This document shows positions 40,113-51,254 of a stretch of DNA of 64,000 bases, one piece after another. Under the pieces are notes generated by a model. That model saw nothing but the letters and a program-made list of their open reading frames with translations. It had not been told where the DNA came from and searched no databases. The translations under genes and the position numbers were made by a program. Location: assembly GCA_965232015.1 (NCBI GenBank), contig OZ246946.1:3564630-3628629 (forward strand). Direction: 5' to 3'. Numbering within the stretch: position 1 is the stretch's first letter; each line of letters begins with the position of its first letter. This DNA comes from Vicinamibacteria bacterium (GTDB taxonomy: Bacteria > Acidobacteriota > Vicinamibacteria > Marinacidobacterales > Marinacidobacteraceae).

Positions 40113-41885
40113 TTGAGATCCGGACTCGGCGACGCCTGCCGACGGCTCGACGGTCGCGGGTATCCCGCCTACCGCGCCCTCGCCGGCGGGTGGCGGCTCG
40201 GCCCCGGGATCGCGCTCTTCCTCGATCGCATCGCGCGCGACCCGTTCGCCCCGCCGTCGCGGGTCCGGCTGCGGCTCGACGCCGGGACCGCCGGATTCGA
40301 TCCGGCGCTCCTCGCCCACCGCGTCGGTCGCATGGCGCTCGGCGATCTCCTCGCCCGCCGGGTCGCCGGCGCGGTCCGTCGGGTCCGCCTCGGCTCCGGC
40401 CGGAGCGGCGATGTCACGATCGCCTCCGGGGGACAGGAAGTTATCGAGCGCTCGGCGGTCGTCCTCGGGGACGAGGGCGGCGGGCTCGACCCCGGAGTCG
40501 TGGAAGCCCGCCTCGAAGTCGGTCTCCCGGCGGCGGGCCGACGGATCCTGGGGCGACGGGCGGCCGAGCTGCTGACCGGGGAACTGAACCGCATCGCCCG
40601 CGCCGCCCTCGTCGGCGGAAGCCTCCCCCCGGGGGAGGCGGAAGCGTTCGTCCGGGATGTCGAGACCCAGGAGCGCCTCCGCTCGCAGCTCGCCGAGCGC
40701 GGGCTGGTGGCGTTCGTCGCCGACGGAGCGATCCTGCCCCGCGCCCACGGCGCCACCGGACGACCCCTGACGACCACGGAGGCCATGCCCTTTCGCAGTC
40801 CGCCGGCGCTCCGCGTGATTCTCGATCTCCCGGACGGCGGCCAGGTTCCGGGAATGGGCCTCCCGGAAGGGGTCACCCTGATCGTCGGGGGCGGCTACCA
40901 CGGCAAGTCCACGCTGCTCCAGGCCCTCGCCCGGGCCGTCGTTCCCCACATCCCCGGCGACGGCCGGGAGCGGGTCGTGACCCGCGCCGACGCGGTGACG
41001 ATCCGCGCCGAGGAGGGGCGGTCGGTCCAGGATGTGGACGTGAGTCCGTTCCTCCGCGAGCTGCCCGGCGGCCGCCGGACCGACCGCTTCTCGACCCGCG
41101 ACGCGAGCGGCAGCACCAGCCAGGCGGCGGCGATCGTCGAAGCGATCGAAGCGGGGGCGACCGTGCTCCTGCTCGACGAGGACACGTCAGCGACGAACCT
41201 GATGATCCGCGACGCCCGGATGCAGGCGCTGGTGGCGCGGGAGTCCGAACCCATCGTGCCGTTCCTCGACCGGGTGCGGGAGCTCTACCGACGTCGAGGC
41301 GTCTCCACCGTGCTCGTCATGGGCGGCTCCGGGGACTACTTCGATGTCGCCGACACCGTGATCCAGATGGAGGCGTTCCAGCCCCGGGAAGTCACCGCCC
41401 GCGCCCGCGAGGTCGCTGCGGCGCTGCCGACCCGCCGCGCCGGGGAGGTGGCGCCCGGCCGTTTCGACGACCGGCGCCGGAAGCCCGTCGCCGCGAGCCT
41501 CGATCCCTCCGGCCGCCGCGGCCGTCCCCGCGTCCTTGCCCGGCGCCGGGAGACGCTCCAGTACGGCGAGTCCGAAGTGGACCTCCGCGCCGTCGAGCAG
41601 CTCTTCGGCGCCGATCAGACCCGTGCGGCGGGCCACGCGGTGGCCCTCGCCGCGACCGACCACGCCGGGCTCGCGGTTCCGGCGCTTCTCGACGCGCTCG
41701 ACGCCCGGCTCGACCGCGACGGCGTGGACGCTCTCACCCGCGAGGGCCGCGCCGGCCGCCACCCCGGTCGCCTCGCCCGTCCCCGCCGCCACGAGATCGC
41801 CGCCGTCCTGAACCGCCTCCGCTCCGCCCGTTTCACCGCCGGGGACCCCCGCGCCGGATGCTCACCGGATAATCCCGCCTCATGA
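40113..41885 (+). CDS. ABC-ATPase domain (P-loop) protein
   Basis: DPFAPPS, GGGYHGKSTLL, ASGSTSQAA, LLDEDTSATN. Confidence 0.88.
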   Translation: MRSGLGDACRRLDGRGYPAYRALAGGWRLGPGIALFLDRIARDPFAPPSRVRLRLDAGTAGFDPALLAHRVGRMALGDLLARRVAGAVRRVRLGSGRSGDVTIASGGQEVIERSAVVLGDEGGGLDPGVVEARLEVGLPAAGRRILGRRAAELLTGELNRIARAALVGGSLPPGEAEAFVRDVETQERLRSQLAERGLVAFVADGAILPRAHGATGRPLTTTEAMPFRSPPALRVILDLPDGGQVPGMGLPEGVTLIVGGGYHGKSTLLQALARAVVPHIPGDGRERVVTRADAVTIRAEEGRSVQDVDVSPFLRELPGGRRTDRFSTRDASGSTSQAAAIVEAIEAGATVLLLDEDTSATNLMIRDARMQALVARESEPIVPFLDRVRELYRRRGVSTVLVMGGSGDYFDVADTVIQMEAFQPREVTARAREVAAALPTRRAGEVAPGRFDDRRRKPVAASLDPSGRRGRPRVLARRRETLQYGESEVDLRAVEQLFGADQTRAAGHAVALAATDHAGLAVPALLDALDARLDRDGVDALTREGRAGRHPGRLARPRRHEIAAVLNRLRSARFTAGDPRAGCSPDNPAS

Positions 41886-43402
41886 GCCGGGTTTCCTCTT
41901 CCAGTCTGCTGCTCGCCCTCCCTCTCGCCGGGTCGGGTTGCTCCTCCCCCGACCCCGGAGGCGCCGCCGCCGCCGAGCGGCTCCTGATCACCGGCGGCAC
42001 CGTCGTCGTCATGGACGACGCCGGGACGATTCTGGAGGGTGGAGCGGTGCTGATCGAAGGGGACCGCATCGTGGGCCTGTTCGACCGGGCCGCGCCCCGA
42101 CCGCCCGATGTCCCGGTCCTCGACGCCACCGGCCAGCTCGTGATCCCCGGGCTGGTGAACACCCACGGCCACGCGGCGATGTCGCTGCTGCGGGGCCTCG
42201 CCGACGACCTGCCGTTGATGACCTGGCTGGAAGAGAACATCTTCCCCGCCGAGGCCGCCCTCGTCGCCCCCGAATTCGTGTACTGGGCGACGCTCCTCGC
42301 GTCCATCGAGATGCTGAAGAGCGGGACGACGACCTTCACCGACATGTACTACTTCCGCGAGGAAGCGGCGCGGGCCACGATCAAGGCGGGGATCCGCGCG
42401 GTGGTCGGGCCCCATGTCATCGGCTTTCCGACGCCCGACTTCACCACCGCCGGGGAGTCGCTGGCCGACGCCGACCTGTTCTTCGAGACCTACCGCGACC
42501 ACCCCACCCTGATCTCCGGAACCGCCGCCCACGCGTTCTACACGACGCCGCTCGAGCCGGTCCGCGCCGCCCACGACATCGCCCGCCGCCATGGCGCCCC
42601 CTTCCAGATCCACGTCGTGGAGGCGGAAGACGAGGACGAGCGGGTGGAAGCGGCGATCGGGATGCGAACGATCCCGGCGCTCGAGTCCATCGGGGCGCTC
42701 CGTCCCGGAACGGTCCTCGCTCACGGGACCTACCTGACCGGGGACGACATCGCCCGGATCGCCGCCGGCGGCGCCGGCGTCGCCCACAACCCCGAGAGCA
42801 ACATGAAGCTCGGGGCGTCGCGGGCGGCGCCGGTCGCCGAGCTTCTCGCCGCCGGAGTTCCGGTGGGCCTGGGAACCGACGGCGCAGCGAGCAACAACGA
42901 CCTCGACATGTTCGGCGAGATGGACACCGCGGCGAAGCTCCACAAGTTCGCCACCGGAGACCCGGCGGCGATGCCCGCCGAGACCGTCTTCCGCATGGCG
43001 ACCGCGGGCGGCGCGCGGGTGCTGAACCTCCACGACCGGATCGGCTCGCTCGAGGTCGGAAAGCGCGCCGACATCGTGCTGGTGGAGACGCGCAGCGCCC
43101 ACCTGACGCCGCTCTACCGGCCCTACTCCCACCTCGTGTATGCCGCCCGGGGGAGCGATGTCTCCACCGTCCTGGTGAACGGCCGGATCGTCGTCCGGGA
43201 CGGCGAGGTCACGACCGTGGACGAAGCCGAGGTAATGGAGCGCGCCCGCGGCTTCGCCGACCAGATCAGCGAGGTCGTCCGGGAAGTCCAGCGGGAACGC
43301 CGCGCCGCCGAACCGTCGGAGCGCCGGACTCCAGTCCGGCAATTCCCAAGCGAGCTGCCGGAGCGCCGGAGCGCCGGACCGCTGGCCCTGGTTCGACGAT
43401 GA
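41882..43402 (+). CDS. Amidohydrolase (MtaD/SsnA-like deaminase); C-terminus runs through a REP
   Basis: PGLVNTHGH, IHVVE, HNPESNMKL, LGTDGAASNN, GSLEVGKRAD. Confidence 0.9.
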   Translation: MSRVSSSSLLLALPLAGSGCSSPDPGGAAAAERLLITGGTVVVMDDAGTILEGGAVLIEGDRIVGLFDRAAPRPPDVPVLDATGQLVIPGLVNTHGHAAMSLLRGLADDLPLMTWLEENIFPAEAALVAPEFVYWATLLASIEMLKSGTTTFTDMYYFREEAARATIKAGIRAVVGPHVIGFPTPDFTTAGESLADADLFFETYRDHPTLISGTAAHAFYTTPLEPVRAAHDIARRHGAPFQIHVVEAEDEDERVEAAIGMRTIPALESIGALRPGTVLAHGTYLTGDDIARIAAGGAGVAHNPESNMKLGASRAAPVAELLAAGVPVGLGTDGAASNNDLDMFGEMDTAAKLHKFATGDPAAMPAETVFRMATAGGARVLNLHDRIGSLEVGKRADIVLVETRSAHLTPLYRPYSHLVYAARGSDVSTVLVNGRIVVRDGEVTTVDEAEVMERARGFADQISEVVREVQRERRAAEPSERRTPVRQFPSELPERRSAGPLALVRR

Positions 43403-43490
43403 CCTCGCCTACCCGCAAGAGCCACCGCACGGCGCTCGCGGACTGGTGAAGCACGTCTCTCTATCGTGCCGGACTGGAGTCCGGCGCTCC
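43318..43490. repeat. REP-like inverted doublet
   Basis: GGAGCGCCGGACTCCAGTCCGGCA at 43318 and its reverse complement at 43467-43490. Confidence 0.85.
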
Positions 43491-43570
43491 GGCAGGAGGC
43501 GCCGGTCGGGCGTGGAATCCGATGTGGCGCCGGTGCGACACAATGTCCGGGTCGGGGGCCACACGACCCT

Positions 43571-44739
43571 CGAACAGGAACAGCAAGGACATGATCCGGA
43601 AAGGAGCGGCGCGCCGGCCGACGACGCTGCTGCTCGCTGGATGCGCGGCGATGGTCCTCGCCGGCTGCGCCCCGAACGAACCGGAGGCCGTGCAAGCGGG
43701 AGCCGGCGACGAACAGGCGGCCATGGAGACGGCAACCGAGCCGGCCTTCCCGTCCCACCCCGCAACCGAGCCGGCCTTCCCGTCCCGCCCCGCAACCGAG
43801 CCTGCCTTCCCGTCCCGCCCCGCAACCGAGCCTGCCTTCCCGTCCCGCCCCGTGGACGGGCCGATGCCCGAGATCGGACCGGCCCCCGCGGACTACGTGC
43901 CGACAGCGGAGACTGCCCCCGCCACCGATATCTGGCTCGGAGCCCTCGCGCGCAGCGGGGGCTCGCTCGGGGTAGCCGACCTGGAACAGGCGACCGATCG
44001 GGCCGCCTATGACAACCAGCCCAGCTTCCTGCTCGACGGCTCGGCCATCCTCCACACGGCGGCGTTCGAGCGACGCCAGACCGAAGTCATGCGCATCGCT
44101 GTGACCGCGGGCGCCGTCGCACCCGGCGAGCAGCTCACGCACACCGGCGAGGCGAGCGAGTTCTCGCCGGTCCAGATCCCCGGACAGGAGTCCTTCTCCG
44201 CGATCCACGAAGTCCGCGGCAAGCAGTACCTCTGGCGCTACGACCTTTCCGGCGCGGCGGTGGGACCGATCTTCGCCACCGCCGAACCGGTGGGGTATCA
44301 CGCCTGGGCCAACGAACGCGTCGTCGTGATGTTCATCCTGGGGAGCCCGCCCACCCTGCAGGTCGGTGACGCGATGACCGGAGAGATCCGGATCGTGGCC
44401 CGGAATCCCGGCCGTTCCATCCACCGGATTCCGGGCGCGGAGGCGATCTCCTTCGTGCGGAAGGTCGAAGACGGAGGGTGGTGGATCGAACGGCTGGACC
44501 CCGAATCCGGCGCCGCCGTGCGGATCGCGCGAACGCTGCCGGGCCGAGAGGACTACGCGTGGACGCCCGAAGGCGAGATCCTGATGGGTGACGGCTCACG
44601 GTTGTTCGCGTGGTCCGAGGGCTCGGACTGGCGGGAGATCGCCGACTTCGAGGAGCGGGGCCTCGAGGGCATCTCCCGTCTCGCCGTGAGTCCGGACGGC
44701 GCCCGGATCGCGATCGTCGCCGACCGCACCAGCGGCTGA
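43571..44739 (+). CDS. TolB-like beta-propeller lipoprotein
   Basis: LAGC lipobox; YDNQPSF, EFSP, VGYHAW, AVSPDG. Confidence 0.75.
43732..43851 (+). repeat. 4 x 30-bp intragenic tandem repeat (ATEPAFPS[H/R]P)
   Basis: GCAACCGAGCC[G/T]GCCTTCCCGTCCC[A/G]CCCC x4. Confidence 0.95.
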
Positions 44740-44792
44740 GCCGGTGCTGCCGGCGGGAACGTTGACCTCCCTGAAAGGGAACGGCGTTCGGG

Positions 44793-44910
44793 AACGGCCG
44801 CATCGTGGTGCGGGACGGCGAGGTCACGACAGTGGACGAGGCCGAGGTCATGGAACGCGCCCGCGGCTTCGCCGGACCGATCACTGAAGTCGTCCAGGCG
44901 GTCCAGCGGA
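44793..44910 (+). pseudogene. Diverged duplicate of the amidohydrolase 3' end
   Basis: NGRIVVRDGEVTTVDEAEVMERARGFA matches 43178-43295, mostly with third-position changes. Confidence 0.85.
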
Positions 44911-45023
44911 CCCGCCACCGAAGCGAAATGACTATGGAACGCTGCCTGCCCCGCTCCAGAGGGAAAACCGGGCCGAGCTCCACGGCAGTGCGGACCGCGC
45001 GACGGACGAGTCCGGACCGGCCC

Positions 45024-45802
45024 TTATGGAGCGCCGCTTTCTGCAGCGGTAGATTCTCGTAGACTCTGCCTCGGTCGGTCGATGCCTTCCCGATAGTCAA
45101 CCCCGAGGCATGTGTTCGTTACGTCGTCTAGGCGTTGAAACTCGGTGATCTTGAATTCGGAGCCAGATGCTGAGCCGACAGTGTGGCAGACATACAGGGA
45201 ATCGGGCTTCTTCACGAACTTGAACGTGTGGTGAGTGAGGAGTGCGATGATCCGTCGCGTCCACTTGGGTCCGTCGGCCAGTAGCCGGAGACAAGCCGTC
45301 TGATCCTTGGGCTTGGCCCTTGGATTGAAAGGATTGGGCGTGTGAAGGAGCCCGTTGGCGGTCCCGTAGAGCGTCTTGAATCGCTCGTAAGTCAGATAGT
45401 CCGCGTTGGCTGTGACCAGTTCACCCACATAGTTCTTGAAGGCCCCTTCGGGGAGACCTGGCGGCGCAGGGCCAGAGGCGTCAAGACGGAGTGGCTCGGG
45501 ATAGTAGTAGTCAGGGTACGCGTCCTTGATCGTCTTGAGGATATCGCCGGCGTGCCATGAGCGCCGATGGTTGTCTGAAATGGAATTCATGAGGGAGCCG
45601 TCGTCGGTCTCGGTGGCCACGAGCGAAGCGGTAGCAATGAGCTCTAGCACCTGACGGAACTGTAGATATGCGCACTCCGCCATGGGGATGGCGTACAAGA
45701 GATTTGACATTCCCGTGCAGATGTTTCCACTACCTCTAGTCGATGCAAGATCTCCTGCATTCGGCCACGGTATGCGTTCAGTCTCTCGGTTGATCCAAGC
45801 AT
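45024..45802 (-). pseudogene. Low-GC hypothetical protein, apparently frameshifted near 45725
   Basis: AAGGAGG RBS + ATG 45802 (MLGSTERLNAYRGRMQEILHRLEVVE); the long downstream frame (45024-45710) is offset by 1 nt. Confidence 0.55.
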
Positions 45803-45960
45803 GTCTTCCTCCTTGGGATCGGTCCTCGCGGCGTTAGCTCGCGGGGAAGTTCCAGTGAGCACAAGAGCGGAGCTCACCGGGTCACTTCAAGTGAGTCCTC
45901 TGTGTTCAGAGGCCATCGAGTGTAGCGCGGCACTCTTGGTGGAGTGATCGGAAGTCGGTG

Positions 45961-46779
45961 TTACGTCCTGCTGAGACCTGCCCTTCTGAGTAGTGGGGGC
46001 TGACAGGCGACCTCCGGCGCATCGTGGTCGGCGCGTCGCAGCGCGAGGAGCTCCTGATCGAGGCCGTGGCGGACGAATTCCAGCCGCGGTGAGTGCGAGG
46101 CGAGGAGCTCGGCGGGCATCGGTTCGATGCGGAACGGGAAGAGGCGCGGTCCCTCGATCAGGGCTCGGGGAGCGGCCGCAGCCAGGCCACGACTTCGCAG
46201 GACGGCCTCGCCGAGAAAGCTGGTGAGTTCGGGGGCGTGGATCGGATGCGTTGGGGCTGGGCCGTAGATTCCCGGGTGATCCGACTCACAGATCACGCCC
46301 CAGTCCACGAATGAGCGGAGTACGTAGCGCGTAGCGCGCTCGACGCCGGGGCGCTCCCCGTACTCCTCGCGGATCCGGGCTTGGACCCCGGCCGCTGCCG
46401 CTTGGCCGTCGAGTCGGATCTGCCGGCCCACCCGCGCGGCCACGGTGCCCCAAAACGGGTAAGCGGCGAGCAGCATCCCCCAATGGACGGCCAATCGGTC
46501 GCCGTCGTGTGCCTGCCGCAGCAGGTCGAGGCCGTTGTTCCGGAGTCCTTCGAGCCCCTTGGGGACGAGGAGCCACGTCTTGATCAGGACCGTGATCGCC
46601 TTCTCCCGTCCGCTACGGGGCGCATTGCCCCCTTGGGAGATCTGATCCCCAAGACGAGCATCGAGAGCGTCGTGGACGGCCTTCTTGTCGTTCCCGGCGA
46701 GGACGAGCCTGGCGGTCTCCTCTACCCAGTCGAGCCGGACGAGGCGGCCGATGCCGACCTTCCGCGCCGTGTCCCTCAC
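45961..46779 (-). CDS. brxA: BREX type 3 BrxA-like protein
   Basis: KAITVLIKTW, HWGMLLAAYPFW, RYVLRSFVDWG; last gene after pglZ with GTGA overlap. Confidence 0.7.
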   Translation of the reverse strand: MRDTARKVGIGRLVRLDWVEETARLVLAGNDKKAVHDALDARLGDQISQGGNAPRSGREKAITVLIKTWLLVPKGLEGLRNNGLDLLRQAHDGDRLAVHWGMLLAAYPFWGTVAARVGRQIRLDGQAAAAGVQARIREEYGERPGVERATRYVLRSFVDWGVICESDHPGIYGPAPTHPIHAPELTSFLGEAVLRSRGLAAAAPRALIEGPRLFPFRIEPMPAELLASHSPRLEFVRHGLDQELLALRRADHDAPEVACQPPLLRRAGLSRT

Positions 46780-48770
46780 GCCGGTTGTCGCGTGATGCGC
46801 ACGAGCGGGACGATCACTTCCTCAAGGTTGGCGCCGCCGTGGCAGACGACGGTCTTGCCCTCCGGGACGAAGGCGCAGCGACCGGGCGCGAGCAGAGGCA
46901 GGAAGCCGCCCGGCAGTCCCAGGGGAGGCCAGGCTGTCGCCTCGGGAAAACGCTTCGCGACCTGGCGTCGCAGCGCCTCGTCCTGGAAGATCCTGACCCT
47001 CTCTCCCCGCAGGTTGGAGAGAGCTCCTTCGGCTGGCCTTCCGAGTCCTCGCGCCTCGACGTTGCCGTGGTCCGAGGTAAGCCAGACGGTGAACCCGCCG
47101 TCCAGAAGACGGTCGAGCAGCCCGCAGAGGAATGGTCCCTCTGCCCAATGTCGAACCTGGTTGAGCATGCCGCGCTCGCCGAGCGGTGTCCCGTGCATGA
47201 TGTCGTCCACGGTGTTCACAACGATGGCCACCGCCCGGGGTTTCGGATCGGCGAGCAGTGTCTCCACCGCCTCCGGATCTGCGGCTTCGAACTTCTTCCG
47301 GTAGGCGATCTCGGCGGGACCGAGGCCACAGCCCCGCATGAAGCGCCTCCAGTGGGTCGCCTCCGTGGCCGTGGTCGCGATGCTGTTCTCGAAGTGAAAC
47401 GGTGGGCGGCCTGCGAAGAGGGCCTGGCGCGAGACCGCCGTGAGCGTCGGGATCCACGCGAAGACGGCGTCCTCCTGGAACTGGAGAGCGGGTCGCTGCC
47501 GGGTCAGTTCCTCTCTCAACACGGCCCACTGCGGGAGTGCGAGTCCGTCGAGCACCAGGAGCGCGGCGCGGGATCCCGCGCCGCCAAGGCCTCGGGCAAG
47601 CCGATGGGGGACGTGATGGAGCATCACGGGCGCACTCGGTGGGAGGGTGGAGAGGGGTCCGTAGTGCGCCGGGAGCCACTTGGCGAAGGCCTCGTCCGCC
47701 TGCTGCTCGAGGCGCCGGAAACGGTCGCGGCACGCCGAATCGGCATCCCCCAGTCTCAGGAATGTGGCGCGGGCTTCCCCCCACCGGCGAGCGAACTTGC
47801 GCCACGCATGGTGGCCGGACACCTCGCTGGGTAAGCGGTCCTCCGCGACCCGCAGCAGGTGTTCCGCGCGGCGTCGCTGCGCCTTTGGAGCATCGCGACG
47901 GATGCCGACCCGGATCCACGTCTCGTCTGGAGCGGGCTCGATGTCATGCTCGACCGGAGTCAGAAGCCCCTCGAGGAACAGAGTGTCGAGATAGGCCCGA
48001 ACGCGCGGGTCGTCGAACGGGAGATCAGCGGGTCCGGGGATGGCCTGGGAAGGACGGTGCTCCGTGTGTCCGGCGCGCCGGTCGAGGAACCGCAACCAGC
48101 GTTCGTCAAGGAAGGACAGAAACGCGTTGCGGTCCCGCAGCAGTTGGCCGAGGGGCCAGTCCTCAAAGATCCCTCGGCTCTCGAGCACGCGGAGGAACCG
48201 GTCGTCGAGGCTCGCGGAAACTTGCCGTTCCGCGTAGTGTCGTTCGAGGAGCAGCGTCAGGAGGTCGGCGGGTTCCCGGACCGTCTCCGGCGTAACGCCG
48301 AACAGATGGCGGAGCACGAAGTCGCGGCTCTCATCGGCACCGAGGGCCTTGTCCCCTGCCTGCTGCTGAATGACGTAAAGGCGCTCTCGCTCGGTGGGGT
48401 CCAGCTCCCGGACGATGGTGGGACTGAGCCGCGTGAAGAAGTCGCCGAGCCGGAGGGAGACCCGCTCGGCGCCGTCCGTCAGATCGAAGGGAGGTTCAGT
48501 CTCCTCGTCCCCGACCACGATCACGAGGTCGAGCGTCTCGCCATCGTCCCAGCGCGGCCGGAAGCGGGCCTCGTAGTCGAAGCGGAACGCTATGGGGTCG
48601 TCGAGGAAGAGGAAATCGAAGCCGCGCCGCTCGAGAGCGGCCAGGACACCCGCTTCGCGGAGGAGCCTCTCGGGATCCCGGACGATGGTCGGACGGCCGA
48701 GGCCCGGTGTGAAGCGACTCAGGATCGCGGCGACGAGTCGCCGTCCTGGATCCCGCTCTCCTGCTGTCAC
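46776..48770 (-). CDS. pglZ: BREX-3 PglZ alkaline-phosphatase-like protein
   Basis: LLVLDGLALPQW, IPTLTAVSRQALFAG, VDDIMHG, TSDHGN, HGGANLEEVIVP. Confidence 0.92.
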   Translation of the reverse strand: MTAGERDPGRRLVAAILSRFTPGLGRPTIVRDPERLLREAGVLAALERRGFDFLFLDDPIAFRFDYEARFRPRWDDGETLDLVIVVGDEETEPPFDLTDGAERVSLRLGDFFTRLSPTIVRELDPTERERLYVIQQQAGDKALGADESRDFVLRHLFGVTPETVREPADLLTLLLERHYAERQVSASLDDRFLRVLESRGIFEDWPLGQLLRDRNAFLSFLDERWLRFLDRRAGHTEHRPSQAIPGPADLPFDDPRVRAYLDTLFLEGLLTPVEHDIEPAPDETWIRVGIRRDAPKAQRRRAEHLLRVAEDRLPSEVSGHHAWRKFARRWGEARATFLRLGDADSACRDRFRRLEQQADEAFAKWLPAHYGPLSTLPPSAPVMLHHVPHRLARGLGGAGSRAALLVLDGLALPQWAVLREELTRQRPALQFQEDAVFAWIPTLTAVSRQALFAGRPPFHFENSIATTATEATHWRRFMRGCGLGPAEIAYRKKFEAADPEAVETLLADPKPRAVAIVVNTVDDIMHGTPLGERGMLNQVRHWAEGPFLCGLLDRLLDGGFTVWLTSDHGNVEARGLGRPAEGALSNLRGERVRIFQDEALRRQVAKRFPEATAWPPLGLPGGFLPLLAPGRCAFVPEGKTVVCHGGANLEEVIVPLVRITRQPA

Positions 48771-51254
48771 CGCGCTCCGCTGCGGGTGAGCGCGTTGTCG
48801 TACCACATCAGGAGCTTCGGATCCTCCTCGAGGGCCTTCCGCGGGATTCTCTCGCCAACCGCGATGATGGTCTCATCGTCCCGCTTCTGCCAGCAGTCCC
48901 GGAATCCGGCCCGGACCGCCTCCATGCGCACGGATGGCATCCGTCGCACTCTGTCGCCTGCGTAGCGGTGGAACTCGCGGAGGAGGGCGCGCTGGCGGAG
49001 ACGCTCCACCTCGGGCGCCTTCGCCGGATCCGGGATGTGCCAGCGTCCCTCCGCCTTCGATCGCAGCCGTGCGGCACCCTTAGGTAGGTTCCGGAGGTCC
49101 TTGAAGGTCGTCGAAAGCCACGAGTGGATTGGCCCCGGCACAGGCCCGTCTCCGTCGTAGCAGAGAAAGTTCTCCTCCAGCAGGAGTGTCAGTTCGAGCC
49201 GGGCCTCGTGCTTCAGCCATCCTCCGATCTCGCGCATGAAGTTCGGGTGGAGCTCCTGGAACGTCTGCGGCTTCCGCTTCAGATCGGAACGGAGCCACCG
49301 AATCGCCGTCTCCTCGTCGCGGACCACGACCGCGGGTTCGAATAGGCCCTTGACCCGCAAGCGGCCGGACTCGTAGCGAGGGACCTGCTCGGGAAGGAAG
49401 AACATGCCGTCCCGCTCGACGAACCGTTCTCGGAGGCCGGCATAGAACCCGGAGGCGGAAAGGGGGACCGCCGCTCGGCGCTCGACGTGGAAGGCGACCA
49501 TGCGGTCATAGAGCAGGAAGTCCTGTCGTTCCCGCATGACCTCGCTCCGGCCTTCCCGCTCGGCGAACGCAGGAAGTTGACGCAGGTGGGTCTCAATAAA
49601 GTCCCACGCTGCCTCCTCCGTCCCAGCCCTGAGCCGAAAGCGCTGCTCGAGCCCACCGTTCGGCTTGTAGGCCGAGATCACTAGGTCCTTCTTCACTGCC
49701 CCGGCAGCCATCATCTGATTGAAAGTGCCTGCCTTCTTGTCCAGAATGCGCACGTCAGCCACCACGAACCCAGCCGCCCAGAGGCTCTCCTGGATGGCGT
49801 TCCAGACAGCGTTCTTCGAATTGTGGAACACGACAGTCATCCAGCGACCCGGCTTCAGTACGCGGCAATACTCCCGGAAGCACTCTCGCATCATGCGCTG
49901 GTATCGTTGAAGGGTCTTGTTCTGGATCTTGCTCTCGATAGCCTCGGCATCTCCGCTTGTGAAAACACCGTGAAATGCCTCAATGAGAAAGTTGAGTTCA
50001 GCGTATGTCAGATTGCTGCCAAATGGTGGATCGGTGAAAACGTAGTCAATGCTCCGTGAAGGACTCATGAGACGCGAACAGTCCCCGGTCGTAACGCCGA
50101 CCGAGCCGCCCTGAGCCACTGGCCTGCGGAATGCCTTCTTGAGACGCTTTCGCTTCCCGCCTAGAATGTAGTCGGGGTGGCATTCCGCATGCTGTGACAG
50201 AAGTCGAATGAGTCCAGGCATATACTGGTTGACTTGAGAATAGTGAGTCGCACTATATCGATTCTGGAGAGACATACCGGTGATTGCCTGCTCCGCAAAG
50301 TATCGGATCATGGCGGCAAGGCGACTTTTCTTATGCGTACGCCCTTGGTCAGCGGTTGTCATCATGCCGAGAGTATCGACTCTCCGCCAGACTGCTGCCA
50401 GTGCTTGTGCCGCTCGAGGCAGATAGAGGTGGTGCAGATAGGAGAACTGGCAGACTCCAGATCTCCACTGATCACCCCACACCTCGACATCGTCAGGCGC
50501 ATGCATCATACGATCGGTAGGAATTTCGAGAGGAGGAGGCAGGTGTGAGATGCGCCGCAGCCTCTCCCTGTCATGGATGTCCAGCGGTTTTTCGTACCCC
50601 TTCTTTCCTCCGGCGGTGTAGTTCAGAAACACCGGGACGCGTTTGGTCCTGCTTACCGTGCGGTTGAGCAGAGGATCGTGTTCGGCAGTGCGGAGCCGGA
50701 GAAGTTGTCGTTTCACCAACTGCACGGCACACCGTCGACAGGGAAACCGGGATCGGATCCGTCCTGTACTGCGGTCTAGAGCCTCTTCGAGGAACACGAT
50801 CTCCGTCCCACACTCAGGACACGCGAAGACCTCACTCCAGACCGTGTAGTTGATCCGGCCTATTGTCCCGTCGGAGTGGCGAGTCCTATACATCCATCCG
50901 ACTTCTTTTTCCACTTCACTGAGGAGACTCTGGGCGGCCTGGGCGAACTCGTCCACGTCGAAAGGGATGTTGTAGTTCGCGGCGATGAAGGTGGCGGCCG
51001 GGGAGAGGTCGCCGAGGATGGCGCGCCGCGTGCCCCACTCCGGTGGTTCGCGTCCCGCTTCCTTCCACTCGGCCTCCAGTTTCTGCCGGTACTCGTCGGG
51101 CGCGGTGCCGCACCACTGCGCCGCGACGCCGGTCATTCCGGACCCGCAGAAGCCATCGAGCACTAGGAGCCTGCGCCGTAGAAAGTGATGCGGGGTGACG
51201 GCGCGGTGGTGGTGGAGGTCGTCAGTGACTGTAGCGGGTGTACTGGAAACGAAC

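Noticed and set aside
43732-43851. CRISPR-like 30-bp repeats
   Set aside because: Head-to-tail with no spacers; a coding VNTR.
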